A DNA stretch of 64,000 nt from Hydrolagus colliei (GCA_035084275.1 CM068757.1:8122001-8186000); one strand, 5' to 3'; positions 23,500-36,339 are shown, counted from the first letter of the stretch. A program made the numbers and translations. Notes: generated by a model not told the origin, from the sequence alone.

Positions 23500-24050
23500 T
23501 GGCGCCGAGAGAGAGAGAGGTGGGGGGTGGACGGGGGGGGAGGGGAGCTGCTTCCGGTCCGGTCCATCACCACGTGTCCAGGGTTCACGCCCCCAATTGG
23601 GCGGGTTTGAGCGGGCGCCTCGCGATTTTTTTTAAACAACCTTTACTCGCACTATTTTTTGTTACATATATTATATATATATATTAAAAAAGCACTCGCC
23701 GTTCCCTTTGTTGCTGTTTTTTTTTAAAAAAGGCTGCTGCCCTAAAAATAACAATTATCATGGTTATAATAACATTGGGCTACTTTGGGCTCGAACATTG
23801 GGCTACAAACGTATTGCGGGGTTTACTTCCGGTCTGGTTCACCCCTCCCACCCCCGCCCCACCACGCCTCCTCTCCCGGTTGCTAAGGAGGCCGTTCCCA
23901 TCCGGGCCTTGACTTCAGGCTCTTCTCTCGTTTCCTCGTTAAACTCCCACCTCCTCTCTCTCCCCGGCCGTGGGGGGCTTGAGTTGATGGTTTTAGTGGA
24001 AGAAAGGAGAGGCCGAGCTCCCGCTGCCCGAGCCACTGAGACCATGACTC
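23500..24050. promoter_or_regulatory. CpG-enriched bidirectional promoter (RIC3 / snoRNA host)
   Basis: ETS-type CTTCCGG at 23551-23557 and ACTTCCGGT at 23825-23833; E-box CACGTG at 23571-23576; CCAATTGG at 23593-23600; GC box CCCCGCCCC near 23851. Lies between the TOP start (-) and the RIC3 ATG (+). Confidence 0.7.
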
Positions 24051-24158
24051 TCTCCGCTTTCCAAAAGGTGGCCCTGGTCTCCTGTGTCGTCCTCTGTTGC
24101 TCCGTCGTCTTTCCTAAACTCTTCCTGGACCGAGGGAAGAGGGGCGATCCGAAGGAGG
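24044..24158 (+). CDS. RIC3: RIC3 acetylcholine receptor chaperone, exon 1 (signal/anchor segment)
   Basis: accATG; MTLSAFQKVALVSCVVLCCSVVFPKLFLDRGKRGDPKE resembles the RIC3 N-terminus. Donor G|GTAAGG, phase 1. Confidence 0.92.
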
Positions 24159-24329
24159 GTAAGGAACAGGAAGGGATTTATATACAAATCATTAAATAAA
24201 GCGAGGCGCGGCTTCTGCTTTCTCTCTCGCTCCACCCACCCCTTCCAAAGAAAAAAACCCATTCATTTATAAACCTACCTTGCGCTATCTTCCTGCTCCA
24301 AACATTGAATTTTCTATTCTAAATATTAA

Positions 24330-24510
24330 TCATAATAATCCTTGCATTTGATATAATCGTAATTCTTGCATTGGATATAATAATAATACTCGCATTGATA
24401 CAAGGACCCTGGCATTTGATATAACATCATCATTGTCTTTGGGAAGTCTCAACGCGCTTCGCAGAATGTACTGTAAAGCGAATTGACGGTATATTTTGTG
24501 GGTGAAATCT
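24330..24510 (-). mobile_element. SINE 3' part with locally duplicated tail
   Basis: 'ttgcatttgatataa'-like motif repeated 3-4 times, then the family body. Confidence 0.7.
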
Positions 24511-25184
24511 AAAGCCTTCACTTTATTTCTTGTCCCTTTTGCTTTCGTCTCCCTTTCAGCATTCCTTTCATTCATTACTCTTCTTCTTACGCTTGCATTT
24601 AGTTTACTCTCAGTTGGCCGCATTGAAATACCTGCTTCTTAAACCGCTCATTTATTTCTTCCCGATCAAATTCACAAGTCGTTCCTCAATAAAGTTTATT
24701 TGTATCATATTGTTTTGTTTTCATTTTTATCCTTATTTATTCCCCTTCATTCCCGTTTCCAGTACTTGCATTTTCATGATTGTATGAACCCATTGGGTTG
24801 AACCCGCACTATTCATGGGATAAGGAGTTGGCAATGCTATGTTAATAACGGGCTGGGCCAATCGAAAAGTATGTAAATTTGCCTCCCAAGTCATGGGGAA
24901 TTTTGCTGAAAAATCACATTGGGTTGGTTGGTGGTATTGAGGTACGTTTTACTGCCAACCTACATGTTTTCACTTTATTGGTACACACTAAACATGAGGA
25001 AATACCACCTATTAGATTGTTAGAAAACATTTATTAATTTCTTTTTTTAAAAACAAAAACTGGGTGGCCCATTGGGGATGGAGAGGATACCAGTGCAACC
25101 TGGAGATCTGCCAAAAAAACACTTAGGACCAGTGTTTTGACTGAGGGGCTAGAATTGCTCACTCCCTCTCAGGACCCAACACTG

Positions 25185-25580
25185 CACACAGACAGACACA
25201 CACATCCAGAGGAAACAGACACAGAAGCATTCACACAGAGACACTCCAATTCACAGACAGAAGAGACACACATGGACACACTTACAAACATGCATACAGA
25301 GGAGAGCGAGTCACACTCATACAGACACTCACAACCAGACACATACTGAGGACAGAGACACACTTACAGACACTCACAAACGCCCACAGCGAAGAAAGAC
25401 ACCTAGCGAGCGACACACATGGACACACTTACAAACACATGCATAAGAGGAGAAAGACACAGGACACTCACAAACACGTACACAGGAGAGAGACACAAAC
25501 CCAGAGAGTGACAGTCAATCAATAAACATGTACTCACATAAAGACACGTGTAGAGAGTAGACACACAGAGACACTCGGGC
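25185..25580. repeat. Degenerate (CA/GA)-rich low-complexity repeat
   Basis: Recurrent 'acacac/gacacac/gagacac' units; 'acacacatggacacacttacaaaca' occurs twice. Confidence 0.8.
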
Positions 25581-28500
25581 AATCACAATAGCAAGGCCTC
25601 CCAAGTGGAATGAAGCCCATTTCCCCTTGTGCCAAAACTTTGCTGTCCACAATCGTGCTGGGGTGGGAGTAGGGAGGTGGGGGGGGGGGGGGGGGGGGGT
25701 GCATGTGAATGTTGTACTGATGGCACTAGAAAGCAGATTCAAGGATAAACCACTTTGTGCCCAAAACAACTGCTGAACTAGAAATAATAATAGTAATGTC
25801 CTTGATGAGGAAACATGACGACTTCTCATGAGGCTCATTTGCTGAATCCAACTTAATTTTGACTGTTTTGTAAGCAACTTTATCTTAATTATTGTAACAT
25901 TTCAAAAATAACTTCGCAAGAGTAGTTAATTTGGAAATTAATTTATCCAGACACAGTGGTAAGTACATGCTATTGGGTTGGACTGAAACGAACCCAGTAA
26001 ACATTAGCAATGGAGAGCTCCCCATAGCTCAATTGGTAAGTGTCTCAACTTGTACGAATTGAGCCAGGAGGTTGAAGGATCATTTCCCTGTATAAAATCG
26101 ACCACTTTGCCTACAAATAAGGTCATGCTTCTATATAGAAAGATGCTCTCAAACACTTAGATGTTTCAATGTTACAGCCGGTATATTAAATTGCGTTAAG
26201 AGCATTACAATTTACATTTCATTCCCTTGAGGGGGAAGGGGAAGGTTATGTGATCAGATGACCCCAGCTAGAAAGCAAAGGACTGATTTGGACAAATTGA
26301 GTATTGTGGGCAGGGATCATGCTCCACAATCAATGGAAAAGCCTATCAACTCACATGTGAAGGTCACATGGACATGTCAGGAATTCAGCACCTTCAAGGA
26401 GGAGAGAGGAGACAAACCCATCTGATAAGCCAGTGATTGATCTGGTACTTAGTGTACTACATTCACATGGGAAAGTAAACTGCAAATTGACAGCCAAGTC
26501 ACTTAAGCCCAGTAACCAAGTAGACCTTCTGTAATGTATGCTGTATATAAAATACACACACATGGCTTTATTTCATGGTATCTCTTTAATTTAAAACTCT
26601 TCTATATGTATATTATATATGCTCATATGCAACTGTAATGCTAACAAAGGCAACCCCAAATATTTTTTGAAAAGAAAATTACTGCTTAGCAAAGGACTAC
26701 AAGTTAATGTGATTTGTGGTTTTTCAGATTTCCAGCATCTGCAATATTTTGCGTTTTTGACTAATGTTTATTCAGCGTTTGATTTAGTCATTAAATTACA
26801 CCCAAGTTTTTTTTGTAATCCTTATCCAAGCAGTTACTGCCAATAACAGGAGGCAAAATACTGCAGTTGCTAGAAATCTGAAATAAAAACAGAAGTTGCT
26901 GGGAACACTCAGCGTGCCAGGCAATATCTATGGAGAGATGCAAGTGAGTAAATGTTTCAGATGGATAACCTTTCATCTGAAACTTTAAATCACATTACAA
27001 GTTTCTCACCTAGAGTTCTATTGTTAAATTTTACATAATACAAGTAACTGGATTTGACTCACATCCACAACCATGTATTTTGAGAACACCATTGATTTAA
27101 TAAAATGGTTTCAAATGTACTCTTGAAATCATTTAGGCCTTGTACTAATGCTAATAGTACTATGCTGATATTTACACAAGTTTTCTTCTGCATTCAAATA
27201 AAACCATGTTTACAATGTTTGTACAATGTGATGTTTCCAACAATCCCTCAAGAAAATCTAATTTGGACCATCAGTGTATTGATCTAAATGATTTGTACAC
27301 ACAGCCTATTTGTGATCAGACACATTACTGAATTCAGTGATACTCGGTTTTAAAAAGGGTTGGGAGCAGAACTAGGCATTTTATTTTATCAGTGTGCTTG
27401 CCCCTCAGAATAACTAACCATACCATTTATGTTACTATGCTATCATAATAGTCCATGTTGTACTTGTAACCCTCCAATTTTGATAAAACATTTATCATAG
27501 TCTGGTCAGATTGAAAAGCATCCATTGACCAATGGTTGCACATAGGTCAAGAAGTTATTATCATCTATAGCTCCAGTGAGGAATTTAGGAACAGGAGAAG
27601 GTCATTCAGCCTACTCATTCCTCCCAGACACAGACCGTTCCATGGCACAAAACACAGCTTCCTTCCCCAAAATAGGAACTCAAGGGTTTAAATCAAATTT
27701 ATCTATAGTTAAGTGCAGTCGAGCCATAAACAGAACCAAAAGCCAAATAGAAGGTAGGATTTTTCCCCCCATCTACAGGCAATGGAAAATCTGTTTAGTT
27801 GGACAAAAATAAAGCCTTGATTTAGCCAGGATGCATAAGCCAACAAACTTGATCTTAAAGAAAATTATAAGAAAAATGCAATTTTGGAACTTTCAGTTTG
27901 GACTCTAGATCAGGTTAACTCGAAATACACCCGGCCCGGCGAGAGATTAGGAGGCGCAGAGCTCTATTGTAGGCGAATGTTGTGAGTCCTGCTGCTACAA
28001 ATCTGATCTATCAAACTATTGTACAGTATGGCTTTACTCTGTGTTAAATATAAACCTGTATCTAAATGAAATCGTATAGGGATTTTTGTGTGCAGTCCGA
28101 TTTTGATAAATGGGTAATATCTACAATGGAGTATTTCATTTGGTAGGTTGAATAAAGTAATTTAAAAACCATCAAAAATGTCAAACATTCGCCGACTGCA
28201 GCTCAGTCTCCCTTTAACCTTTGAAGGCTGCGGCAGTGCTTCTGCCACAAAATGAAAACTGCAACACAATTACAATTTTTCTGTTGATTTTTGAAACGAG
28301 TCCAACCCAAAGCAATGCTTTCTGTGGTGGTTCAGATTTCTTTGATTGCACTGATTGGTTTGACAGGCTCCTGCTTGGGCAATGTGTGGAAGACGAGTGA
28401 GCAGAGCTGCTTTGAGCAAAAAGTGGAAGCCAAGGGTTTAATTAGCTTGTGGAACTCGAGAATGGGAGAAGTTATTGCATTCACTGACAGATCGAATCGC

Positions 28501-30504
28501 ACACTGGTGGTTGGGTGGTGGGGGGTCGGTCGCTCTGAATTCAAAACATTAATGTGGGATTGTCAACACAAAATGTCAGATAACTAGCCAAATTAAATAT
28601 TTTCTACTGCACTAAAGTGTGTGGGCAAGTTTTCGAATTTATGTTGTCAGCCGCTGGTGGAGCAGCTCCCAACTGGACAAGGAAAGTTTCAGTGATGCTC
28701 ATACTCAGCCTGAATTACTCAACCAAGTAATTCAGGGAAAATAAAATCAAGTTTATTGCAGGAAAACAAACATTAGAAACTATTGAATAGCCATTAGCTT
28801 GACTTAAATCAGTTGAACATCTTGTCGAAAAGGCTGCATCTGCAGCAATGCAACACTCTCCCCAGTATTGTACTGCAGTGTCAATGAATATAGGTTTGAG
28901 CAACATGCTAGATCAAGCCAAGCTGAACCTCTAGGCTGACACCCAGTACAGATGTGAGGGAGTCTGCATTGTCAGAGGTAATGGTCTTAAACTGAGGTTC
29001 TTTCTGGTGAATGTTTTTTTTAAATGTGACTATGCATTTCCTTGTAATTTGTGGGATGTACCTGGTGATATCAGAAATTTTGCTTTGCTTGCATACATAC
29101 ATAACAGTCAATGGTACACAGTAAGAGGAGGAACTTTTTTTTAATAAAGGTTTGAAAGTAAGAACATTTCTCATTCATTTTCTCATTTTTTAATCTTTCC
29201 ATTTATACGATTGAGCATTTAGGTGCCAAGGGTCAAGCTTTGAAAACGTGGATGGGAATATACATTGTCCATTATGCAACATCCGCAAATGGTTTTCCAA
29301 TTTGGTCAATTTTAAAGTAAGAATTTATGGATGGTAATTCAGGGCTTCTGTTGCCACTTACAAAGTCATAAAATTAACCAGTCAGAAAATGAATCCAGTT
29401 TGAAGTTTGTAAGTCAGACTATTAAATGTAGTATAGAGTTGCTGTGACAGGGCATATATCATCAGATTATGAGCCAAATAAAAATATATTCTGTCTGATG
29501 TTTGAACTAGCAAAAAAAATTCTTTCACAGGAACATTAAAATGGAAAACATTTTCATTTGCTGTATATTCTCTGAACAAAAGATAGAAAAATTGATGCTT
29601 CAATGCAATGCTGGGGTTGTTTCGTAATGTCGGAGGTGCCTTCGTGCCTTCGTTCGGGTGAGACGTTAAATGTCTACCTGTTCAGATCCCATTACACTAT
29701 TCAAAAAGAGAACAGAGTTTCCCCCAAATATAATTGGTGACTTTCTCCATGGGTATCCTCATTTTCTTTCATTATAATAATAATAATCTGGGAAATGTAG
29801 GTGTTTATTGCAGCAGGCACCAGAAACAATTATGGGTAAACTTCAGTAAGGGACGAATAATTCCACCTAACATTTGATTATGCTAATAATCATTTCATAT
29901 TAGTGTCCTGTATTCTGATGTACTAATTTGTTTCAACAGGCAACAGTAGACTGCTTATTTGTTCTAGCAACATGTATAAAACTGTATCCAATGGAGCGAG
30001 AGCCAATATTCCAGTTAGCGATCAGACAAAATTCTTTACTGCTACAGGGTTAGATTTCACTGCCACCAAAAACATTATTGCTACAATGAACAGTATCTAT
30101 CAAGAGAGTGAGATGCGAAACATGGCTCACTGAATCCTTCAATAATAATCCTCGCTACACTACTTGATCAGATTGAAATACAGTATCTAAGTGTTTCAAG
30201 ACAATTAGTTTCCTGTCAAGTCCTCAGTTGGCTTACAGCTAACCACTAGGTTTCCAATTACTCAGATATACATAACAGAATGAATTTCAAGTTTTAGTGT
30301 AATGACTATTAGTAGGAAAAATACAGCAACCAATTTGTGAACAGCAGTATCACTCAAATGGCCAGGTCGATGACAAATTAAACTGGAGCATTATTGATGA
30401 GGACATCAGGAGAACTCCCTTCTCTTTTTGGAAAGTTTCGCCCATAAAAATATACAAGCAATTCACTTTACGGTATATTCTGTGAAGCGCTTTGAGATGT
30501 TTAG

Positions 30505-30639
30505 GGAGAACAGGTCTGTCAGGTTATGGGGAGAACGCGGGGCAGTGGGATTGAGTTGCTCTTTTCAAAGAGCCGGCACAGACTAGATGGGACAAATGGC
30601 CTCCTTTTGTGCCATAAAATTCTATGATTCCATGATTGT
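30505..30639 (+). mobile_element. CR1 3' end nested inside a SINE tail
   Basis: 'agagccggcacagactagatgggacaaatggcctcc...attctatgattccatgatt' interrupts a SINE tail (about 30440-30504 plus 30640-30700). Flanked by ATGTTTAG / ATGTCTAG. Confidence 0.8.
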
Positions 30640-32059
30640 ATGTCTAGAAGACATGAAAAGCACCATATCAAATGCGAGGATTCTTATTATCTCATTATTA
30701 TAGTTATTAAGTGCCGTAGATTCTTTAACATCCACTTAAATAAACAGATAAGACCTCGGTTTCACTTCTCATCCAAAGCAGTGCTGTCCAACCCAGTGGC
30801 CATATATATATATTCTAGTTTTTAGATGTTTTGATGTGATAGAAGCGACAGAAGATCCATTTCAATCCCACAAGTTGAAATGCAAATTGATTAATCAGTG
30901 TGGAACTAGCCACATCTGAAAAGAAAAACTGGCCAAATGTGGCAGATGGCCCTGGGCTTGGCAGAATTGATATGAAGGATGGCATCTTCATCAATGTAGT
31001 GCTGTCCACAAACTGCATTGGTGCTAGCCTCGATCATTGTGCTCACTAAAGTCCCCAATGTGGACCTGAATCCACAATATGTTACTCCAGAGAGTACCAC
31101 CAGTGAAGTCCGGCTAGCATCTTCACCTCTACATGCATCAGAGCCTTCCTTTGAAGCTTTGCTCTTTATGTATTTCTCTCCAATAATAGTACCGTATTAA
31201 GGAAAATAAGTGCAGAGCACAGAGTTAAGATCTAGAGTAAGCTTGATTTAAAAAGTATTTCAGGTAAGCAAGATAAAGGAAAATGACTGCAGTAATTTTG
31301 GATATGGTGCATTAAGCACTGTAAAACTGAAGGTGTTAAATTGAAGTTTAGTGCAGGTAATGCTATTCTGGATAAATCTTCAAATAATTAGAGTGTAGAG
31401 AGATCTTAGTTTGGATTAATCAAAATTTACAAAATTGGCTTGATATTGTAACTAGAAGTATTGAAGCACACAAAGCTCCTTGAAATATTACATTTTCAAA
31501 ACAGTTCTGTTGACTTTCGATATTGGCTTTCAGCTAACCAATAGTTTCCAATTACTTATTTATGCATAATAGAATGAATTTCACCGTAGAATTATTGTCT
31601 ATTTTAACAGCCATAAGAAGGGTTATACCCAAGTGATGGGCAGAGTTGGCAGAGATGTAGCCAATTGTACAGAATGATTAACCTATTCACAGCTGATAAG
31701 CAAAACGCCAGAAAACGTATCAGATGCAATTTACATTATTTAAAATACTGCTCTCTTGGGTGCTTATGCAGATTAATTCTATGAATACTGAGTGACATTT
31801 TATAATACCTTCACATCTGGTAATGAAAGAGTAGACAGTAGATTAACATTCGCAATAGTTATTTATACAAATGGTAGCCTAGCAACTGAAGACAGTATAA
31901 GCGGAGGCTCAACAAAAATTAAGATGAGGGTCCTTTGATCCCGACGACAACAAAATGGGTAAAAGATGAAGTTTTAAATTTCTATTTGTGGCAGACATAT
32001 TTCTCTTTTTACGCTTTGTACATGATGGTTATATTTGTTTGCATATCAGGACTTGAACT

Positions 32060-32390
32060 CACATAGTCTAAGCCGACACTTCAATGCAATGCTGGGGGTG
32101 AGATGTTACACTTCGAATGAGATGTGACACTGAGGTCCCATCTGCCTGTTCAGGTGGATGTTAAAGATCCCGTAGCACTATTCGGGAAGGGAGTATCTTC
32201 CAAACGTTCTGGCCAACAATCCCCCAAATAAAATGGTCATTTGTTTCATGGCTATTTGTGGGGCATTGCTTTGGATACTGTGTTCGCCTACAAATATAGA
32301 GTCACTCGATTTCACAGTAAATCCTGTGAAGCGCTTTGAGACATCCCTCTGATGTGATTAGGTGCTATACCAAAATGCAAGGACTATTGT
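32060..32390 (+). mobile_element. Deu-core SINE with L2-like tail
   Basis: 'gaggtcccatctgcctgttcaggtggatgttaaagatcccgtagcactattcg' core, then a 'gtgaagcgctttgagac...aatgcaaggactatt' tail. Confidence 0.75.
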
Positions 32391-32758
32391 CAAATGAGCA
32401 ACAGTTTGGCTGCTCCTGATTACTCAGTGGATAAATGCATTATATTGCGTGATACAGATCAGGATAGTCCGAACTTTGATCCCTCCTCTATAACTTGCCA
32501 CTCTCAGGTAATTGATGCTGGGGGCGTTATATTGGACCTAATTGGGCTCATCCTTCCAGAATACCAACTCCTCTATATTCCCAATTCAACACAAAGCAAT
32601 TTATTATGCAGACAGAAAGGGTGATATCAAAATGCAACTGAAGGCAAGCTGGCAAAAAAACATTGATTTAATCTCAAATTGTACTTTGATGAAGATTAAA
32701 AATGTACCATTCATGGGTAGCAAATGTTTAAACGATTCTCGTCTATTATGTTTTGCAG

Positions 32759-32961
32759 CTAACCCCAATCGATTTCCTCCCAAGATGCGTCCAAAAGCTT
32801 CTGACATCAAATCCAGCAGGTCAGCCCCTTCCCAGTTCAACAATGCAGAAGCTGTGGTCAAAGCCAAAGCTGTTGGAGGAGGCAATAAAAACATTATGGG
32901 CCAGATCATCCCTATTTACGGATTCGGAATATTTGTGTACATCCTATATATCCTCTTTAAG
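32759..32961 (+). CDS. RIC3: RIC3 exon 2 (includes transmembrane helix)
   Basis: ttttgcag| ...NIMGQIIPIYGFGIFVYILYILFK |gtactg. Hallmark RIC3 motif; phases 1/0 fit. Confidence 0.95.
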
Positions 32962-33631
32962 GTACTGTGGAAATTACAATACTGTATGTGTTTCAGTTGG
33001 GATTTTGGTTTTGATGTCATTCAAAGGCAGCAAGTCAATCGCCCACGTTCAAAACACAAACCGTCAGGAAGTAAGTTCAGCCTTTCGATTTGCCCAGCTG
33101 CAAGTTTCTGATATTGCAATACCTTCAAGGGCTTCTCTCGATCTACCACCATTACAATTAACAGTAATTATTGGGAGGCATTTAAGACATCAATATGACA
33201 CTAATAAATGCGCATATTTTACTTTATAGGCATCATCTGTAAGTACATTTTCTGTCTATCCTTACAGCCAAAAGAGAGTGGAGAACAGCAAAATATTTTT
33301 ATAACTAGTATTTTAAGTGCATTCATTGATGATAGAAAAAAAAGTTATCAAGGGGGCAAAAACATGATGTTTGCCTAAAAGGGGAATTTCTTTAAAAAAT
33401 ACTTTTAAAACACAAAATTGTATTTGGCTGCATCTCTTCCAACAGGGAAGAGAGCAGGGGAATGGGATTAGAGTAAATAGCTCTCGCGGAAGAGCTAGTC
33501 TAGCTAGCTAAACATGTTGGACACATGGCCTTCTGCGTTGTAAATTTTGATTCATTACATTCACACTATCATAATAATAATCCTTGTATTTGATATAATG
33601 CCTTATCATATCTAATACTTGTACTGAGATT

Positions 33632-33678
33632 TTCTATGGTTGTGTAAAAGGTAGTGTACCTTTTACACAACCATAGAA
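33632..33678. repeat. Perfect 22-bp inverted repeat with 3-nt spacer
   Basis: TTCTATGGTTGTGTAAAAGGTA-gtg-TACCTTTTACACAACCATAGAA. Confidence 0.9.
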
Positions 33679-34054
33679 GTGATTCATAAGGTACAACAGT
33701 GAGGCTTAGGTCAGGTCCTCACAGAACTGTTTTAACTCAAACAGGCCCAACCAGTCACCTTTCATTCCTCCAACAGCTTTGATTTGAACTGGTAAATGAA
33801 GGATGGTGGGGTGGGGGGTGGTGGGGAATGGAAGGTCGATCATGCGCCAATCACTTAAAGTAGCAATTTCTTTGTTGGTTCTTTGTAATGAAAAATATAT
33901 TACAATGTATTATGCATTTTGCAAAGCCATCAGTATGCTGCAGTAAATTATTCCAAATTGTGAATTGCTGAAAATGAGGCAATGAGATCGGATTCACTGG
34001 CAGGGAGTTCATTGTAAGGGAAAGCATGTGTCTGGCTCATTGTAAGGGAATGTG

Positions 34055-34340
34055 TCTGGCTCAATGGTATGCAGCATTTTCACCTTCAAGCCAGGAGGTT
34101 GCAGGTTCAAGCCCCACATTGGAACTTGGAAGCACAACATCTAAACTAACAATCCAATTCACTGCCAGAGGTATGTTGCATTGTCGGAAGTGCCTTCCTT
34201 CGGATAAGACGTTCAAACGATGTCTCGTCTGCCTTTTCAGGCGAATGTTGAAAAACTACAGTACTATTCAAAAAGAGGAGAGAGCTTTGAGATGAATTGA
34301 TGACGTGATAAGGTGCTACATCAAATGCAATAATTATTAT
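34055..34340 (+). mobile_element. tRNA-head Deu-core SINE
   Basis: A-box-like TGGCTCAATGG, B-box GGTTCAAGCCC, Deu core 'gccttcctttcggataagacgttcaaacg', and family tail. Confidence 0.7.
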
Positions 34341-34629
34341 ATAAAATACAATAAGGAAACTTGTACATTTAGAGAAATGAACAAATATTTTGCAGAGGTA
34401 AGTTAATTATTGTACAGGTTATTTACGTATGTGATCTAACCCACAGTACATCTGGGAGTAACTTGACAATAGTTTCTTTATTTTTATAAAGACAACACAT
34501 AGCCAACAGTGAATTAAGATCCAGCAAGGAATCCTCCCTCAGTTAGGAAGGACTTTGCAGTGTCTGGGCCATGCATTGGAGAACTGGATTTGAGAACCAC
34601 TTCTTCAAAGGTTTTGGAGTCCTGTAGCT

Positions 34630-34925
34630 CAGTGGTTGGCACATTCAATGGGACTTTTGAAGAGGAGGGTCTTGAGGCAGGACTTGAAGGAGGCTAGGGA
34701 GGGGGCATGGCCGAGGGATTGTGGGATGGAATTCCAGATGTTGGGGGCAGAGTGGCTGAAGACTTGCCCGCCAATGGTGGAGTAGGTGGGCGGGGGGACA
34801 TGGAGCAGGCCAGAGCCCACTGAGCGGAGGGAGCGGACAGGTTGGTGGAGGGTTAGGAGGTCACAGAGGTAGGGTGGGGCAATGCCATGGAGGGCTTTAA
34901 AGGTGAGGGCCAGGATTCTGAATTG
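34630..34925 (-). mobile_element. L2 LINE 3' fragment
   Basis: Translation '...STIGGQVFSHSAPNIWNSIPQSL...SLASFKSCLKTLLF' is typical of the L2 ORF2 C-terminus. Confidence 0.85.
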
Positions 34926-36339
34926 AAAAGCGATATATTAAAAACAAGGATTATTATTGTGGTTCTGGTGCTCATTTTAACTGGAACATTAGTTTCAGAC
35001 TACCAGACAGAATAGCGATTTTAATTGATTTATTAATTCCAGCCTGGATACGTCCACATTACAAAATGTTCATTAGAACTCACCCCTGGTTACTGCACCA
35101 GAAATAGAAGAAATTATGAGCTTTCAAAAATTGAAGTTTAAAATCGAATTGAAAAGTTGAAGATGCAAGCATCTCTTATAAGCAAGTGCTGTACTCTTTC
35201 TAAAGAAATTAACATTTCTTGTAAATTTTTAAATGAGATCTGCCACTATTTCCCTCAGTGCTGAGCTTTGACATTGATTTAGCTGGGAACTATCAAATCT
35301 CAAAGGCACTGAGGTATCACTTTCTCACTTAAGATTTGTTCATTCTTTTGCAGTCTTATCCTCAGATTCTTTGCGAGTCTGATGCACTGGGCAGAATCTT
35401 TGCATTCTTCATTATCTTTTCATTGGTTCACAGTCTTCCAAAGAATCATTCTTTGATACAACCCTGTAGAAATCCTTTGGAGAGTGCGGTTTTAGAGGAC
35501 AGGCGTTCATGAAACCTGCCGTTTATAAACGGATGATCTGAGTTGGTGCATTGTCTCACTGCTTCCAAAAACATGGATGGCCGGTCAAGTAAGGTCACAA
35601 CCTTGGTAAGGGCATTTACAGAGGTTACAAAGCCTTCAATTTATCAATGACGTCTTATTGTACTGTGGTCCAATCCAGTATCAATCTGATTGATGATGTG
35701 TTTGGTGCAAAAGGCACTAGATGGATGGTTGTCTAGGTTATCTCTGGGTGGGTTGGAGCAGCTTTCTAGAATGATAGCCATCTTCCACTATTTCTGTATC
35801 AGCTCCCAGTTCCAAATTTATATAGGATTGAAGTTATTCCAGGCACTCTCCTTGCCCCGGTGAGTGATAGTAAGGGTACCAATTCCCTTGGAAATAAAAG
35901 AACTTAACGATTTAATTATGAGCAGATTTCTCATCTCTTTCATGTCGCAACACGCGTTAACGCATGTACTAACTAGTCTCACGGGACCCCCTGTCATCTT
36001 GAACCATTGTCTAGAAAGGGAAAATACAGAGAAAAATCATAAATGTCCACATTAAAAAGCTTTGGGGGCTACACCTATAGCTGGTGTCCAGGTAGAAAAT
36101 GTTTCCTCCCTAGTCAATCATACTAAAAGTTCATATCCTTAACACTCTTAATTATACAATATGATCCTAACATTTACCAAGCCATCCATTATGGCTTCAA
36201 GATATGTTTATCTCATCTGTTTATCCCCCTGCAATCTTTCTAATGTTGGGAATATGAGATTATAAGCCTTTTAATAACAAATACTTTTTTTTAAAAAAAG
36301 TCAAGATTGACCTGGAAGAACACTTTCTGACCCATTTGA

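Larger units (their letters stand above)
14915..23519 (-). ncRNA. Putative spliced 5'TOP snoRNA host gene (SNHG-like lncRNA), divergent from RIC3
   Basis: Starts in a pyrimidine tract (ctctctctctctc, 23519-23507). Predicted GT-AG exons: 23519-23461, 22488-22412, 21829-21761, 21458-21403 (weaker), about 20910-20851 (weaker), 19933-19846, about 19167-19094, 17937-17850, 17529-17473, 16726-16651, 15599-15536, and a last exon from 15030 with ATTAAA at 14940-14935 and a GU-rich tract downstream. No long ORF. Four introns each hold one SNORD35 copy. Confidence 0.7.

Noticed and set aside
23708-24043. Long N-terminal extension of RIC3 suggested by the 163-aa ORF
   Set aside because: It starts at a non-ATG codon in promoter sequence. 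RIC3 similarity begins at the accATG at 24044.
32542-33229. 189-aa and 158-aa ORFs as independent genes
   Set aside because: They are intronic read-through and an alternate frame around RIC3 exon 2.
35380-35900. Coding-like composition inside RIC3 intron 2
   Set aside because: The frames I read are interrupted by stops and show no recognisable motif. It may be an old transposon; blastx would be needed.
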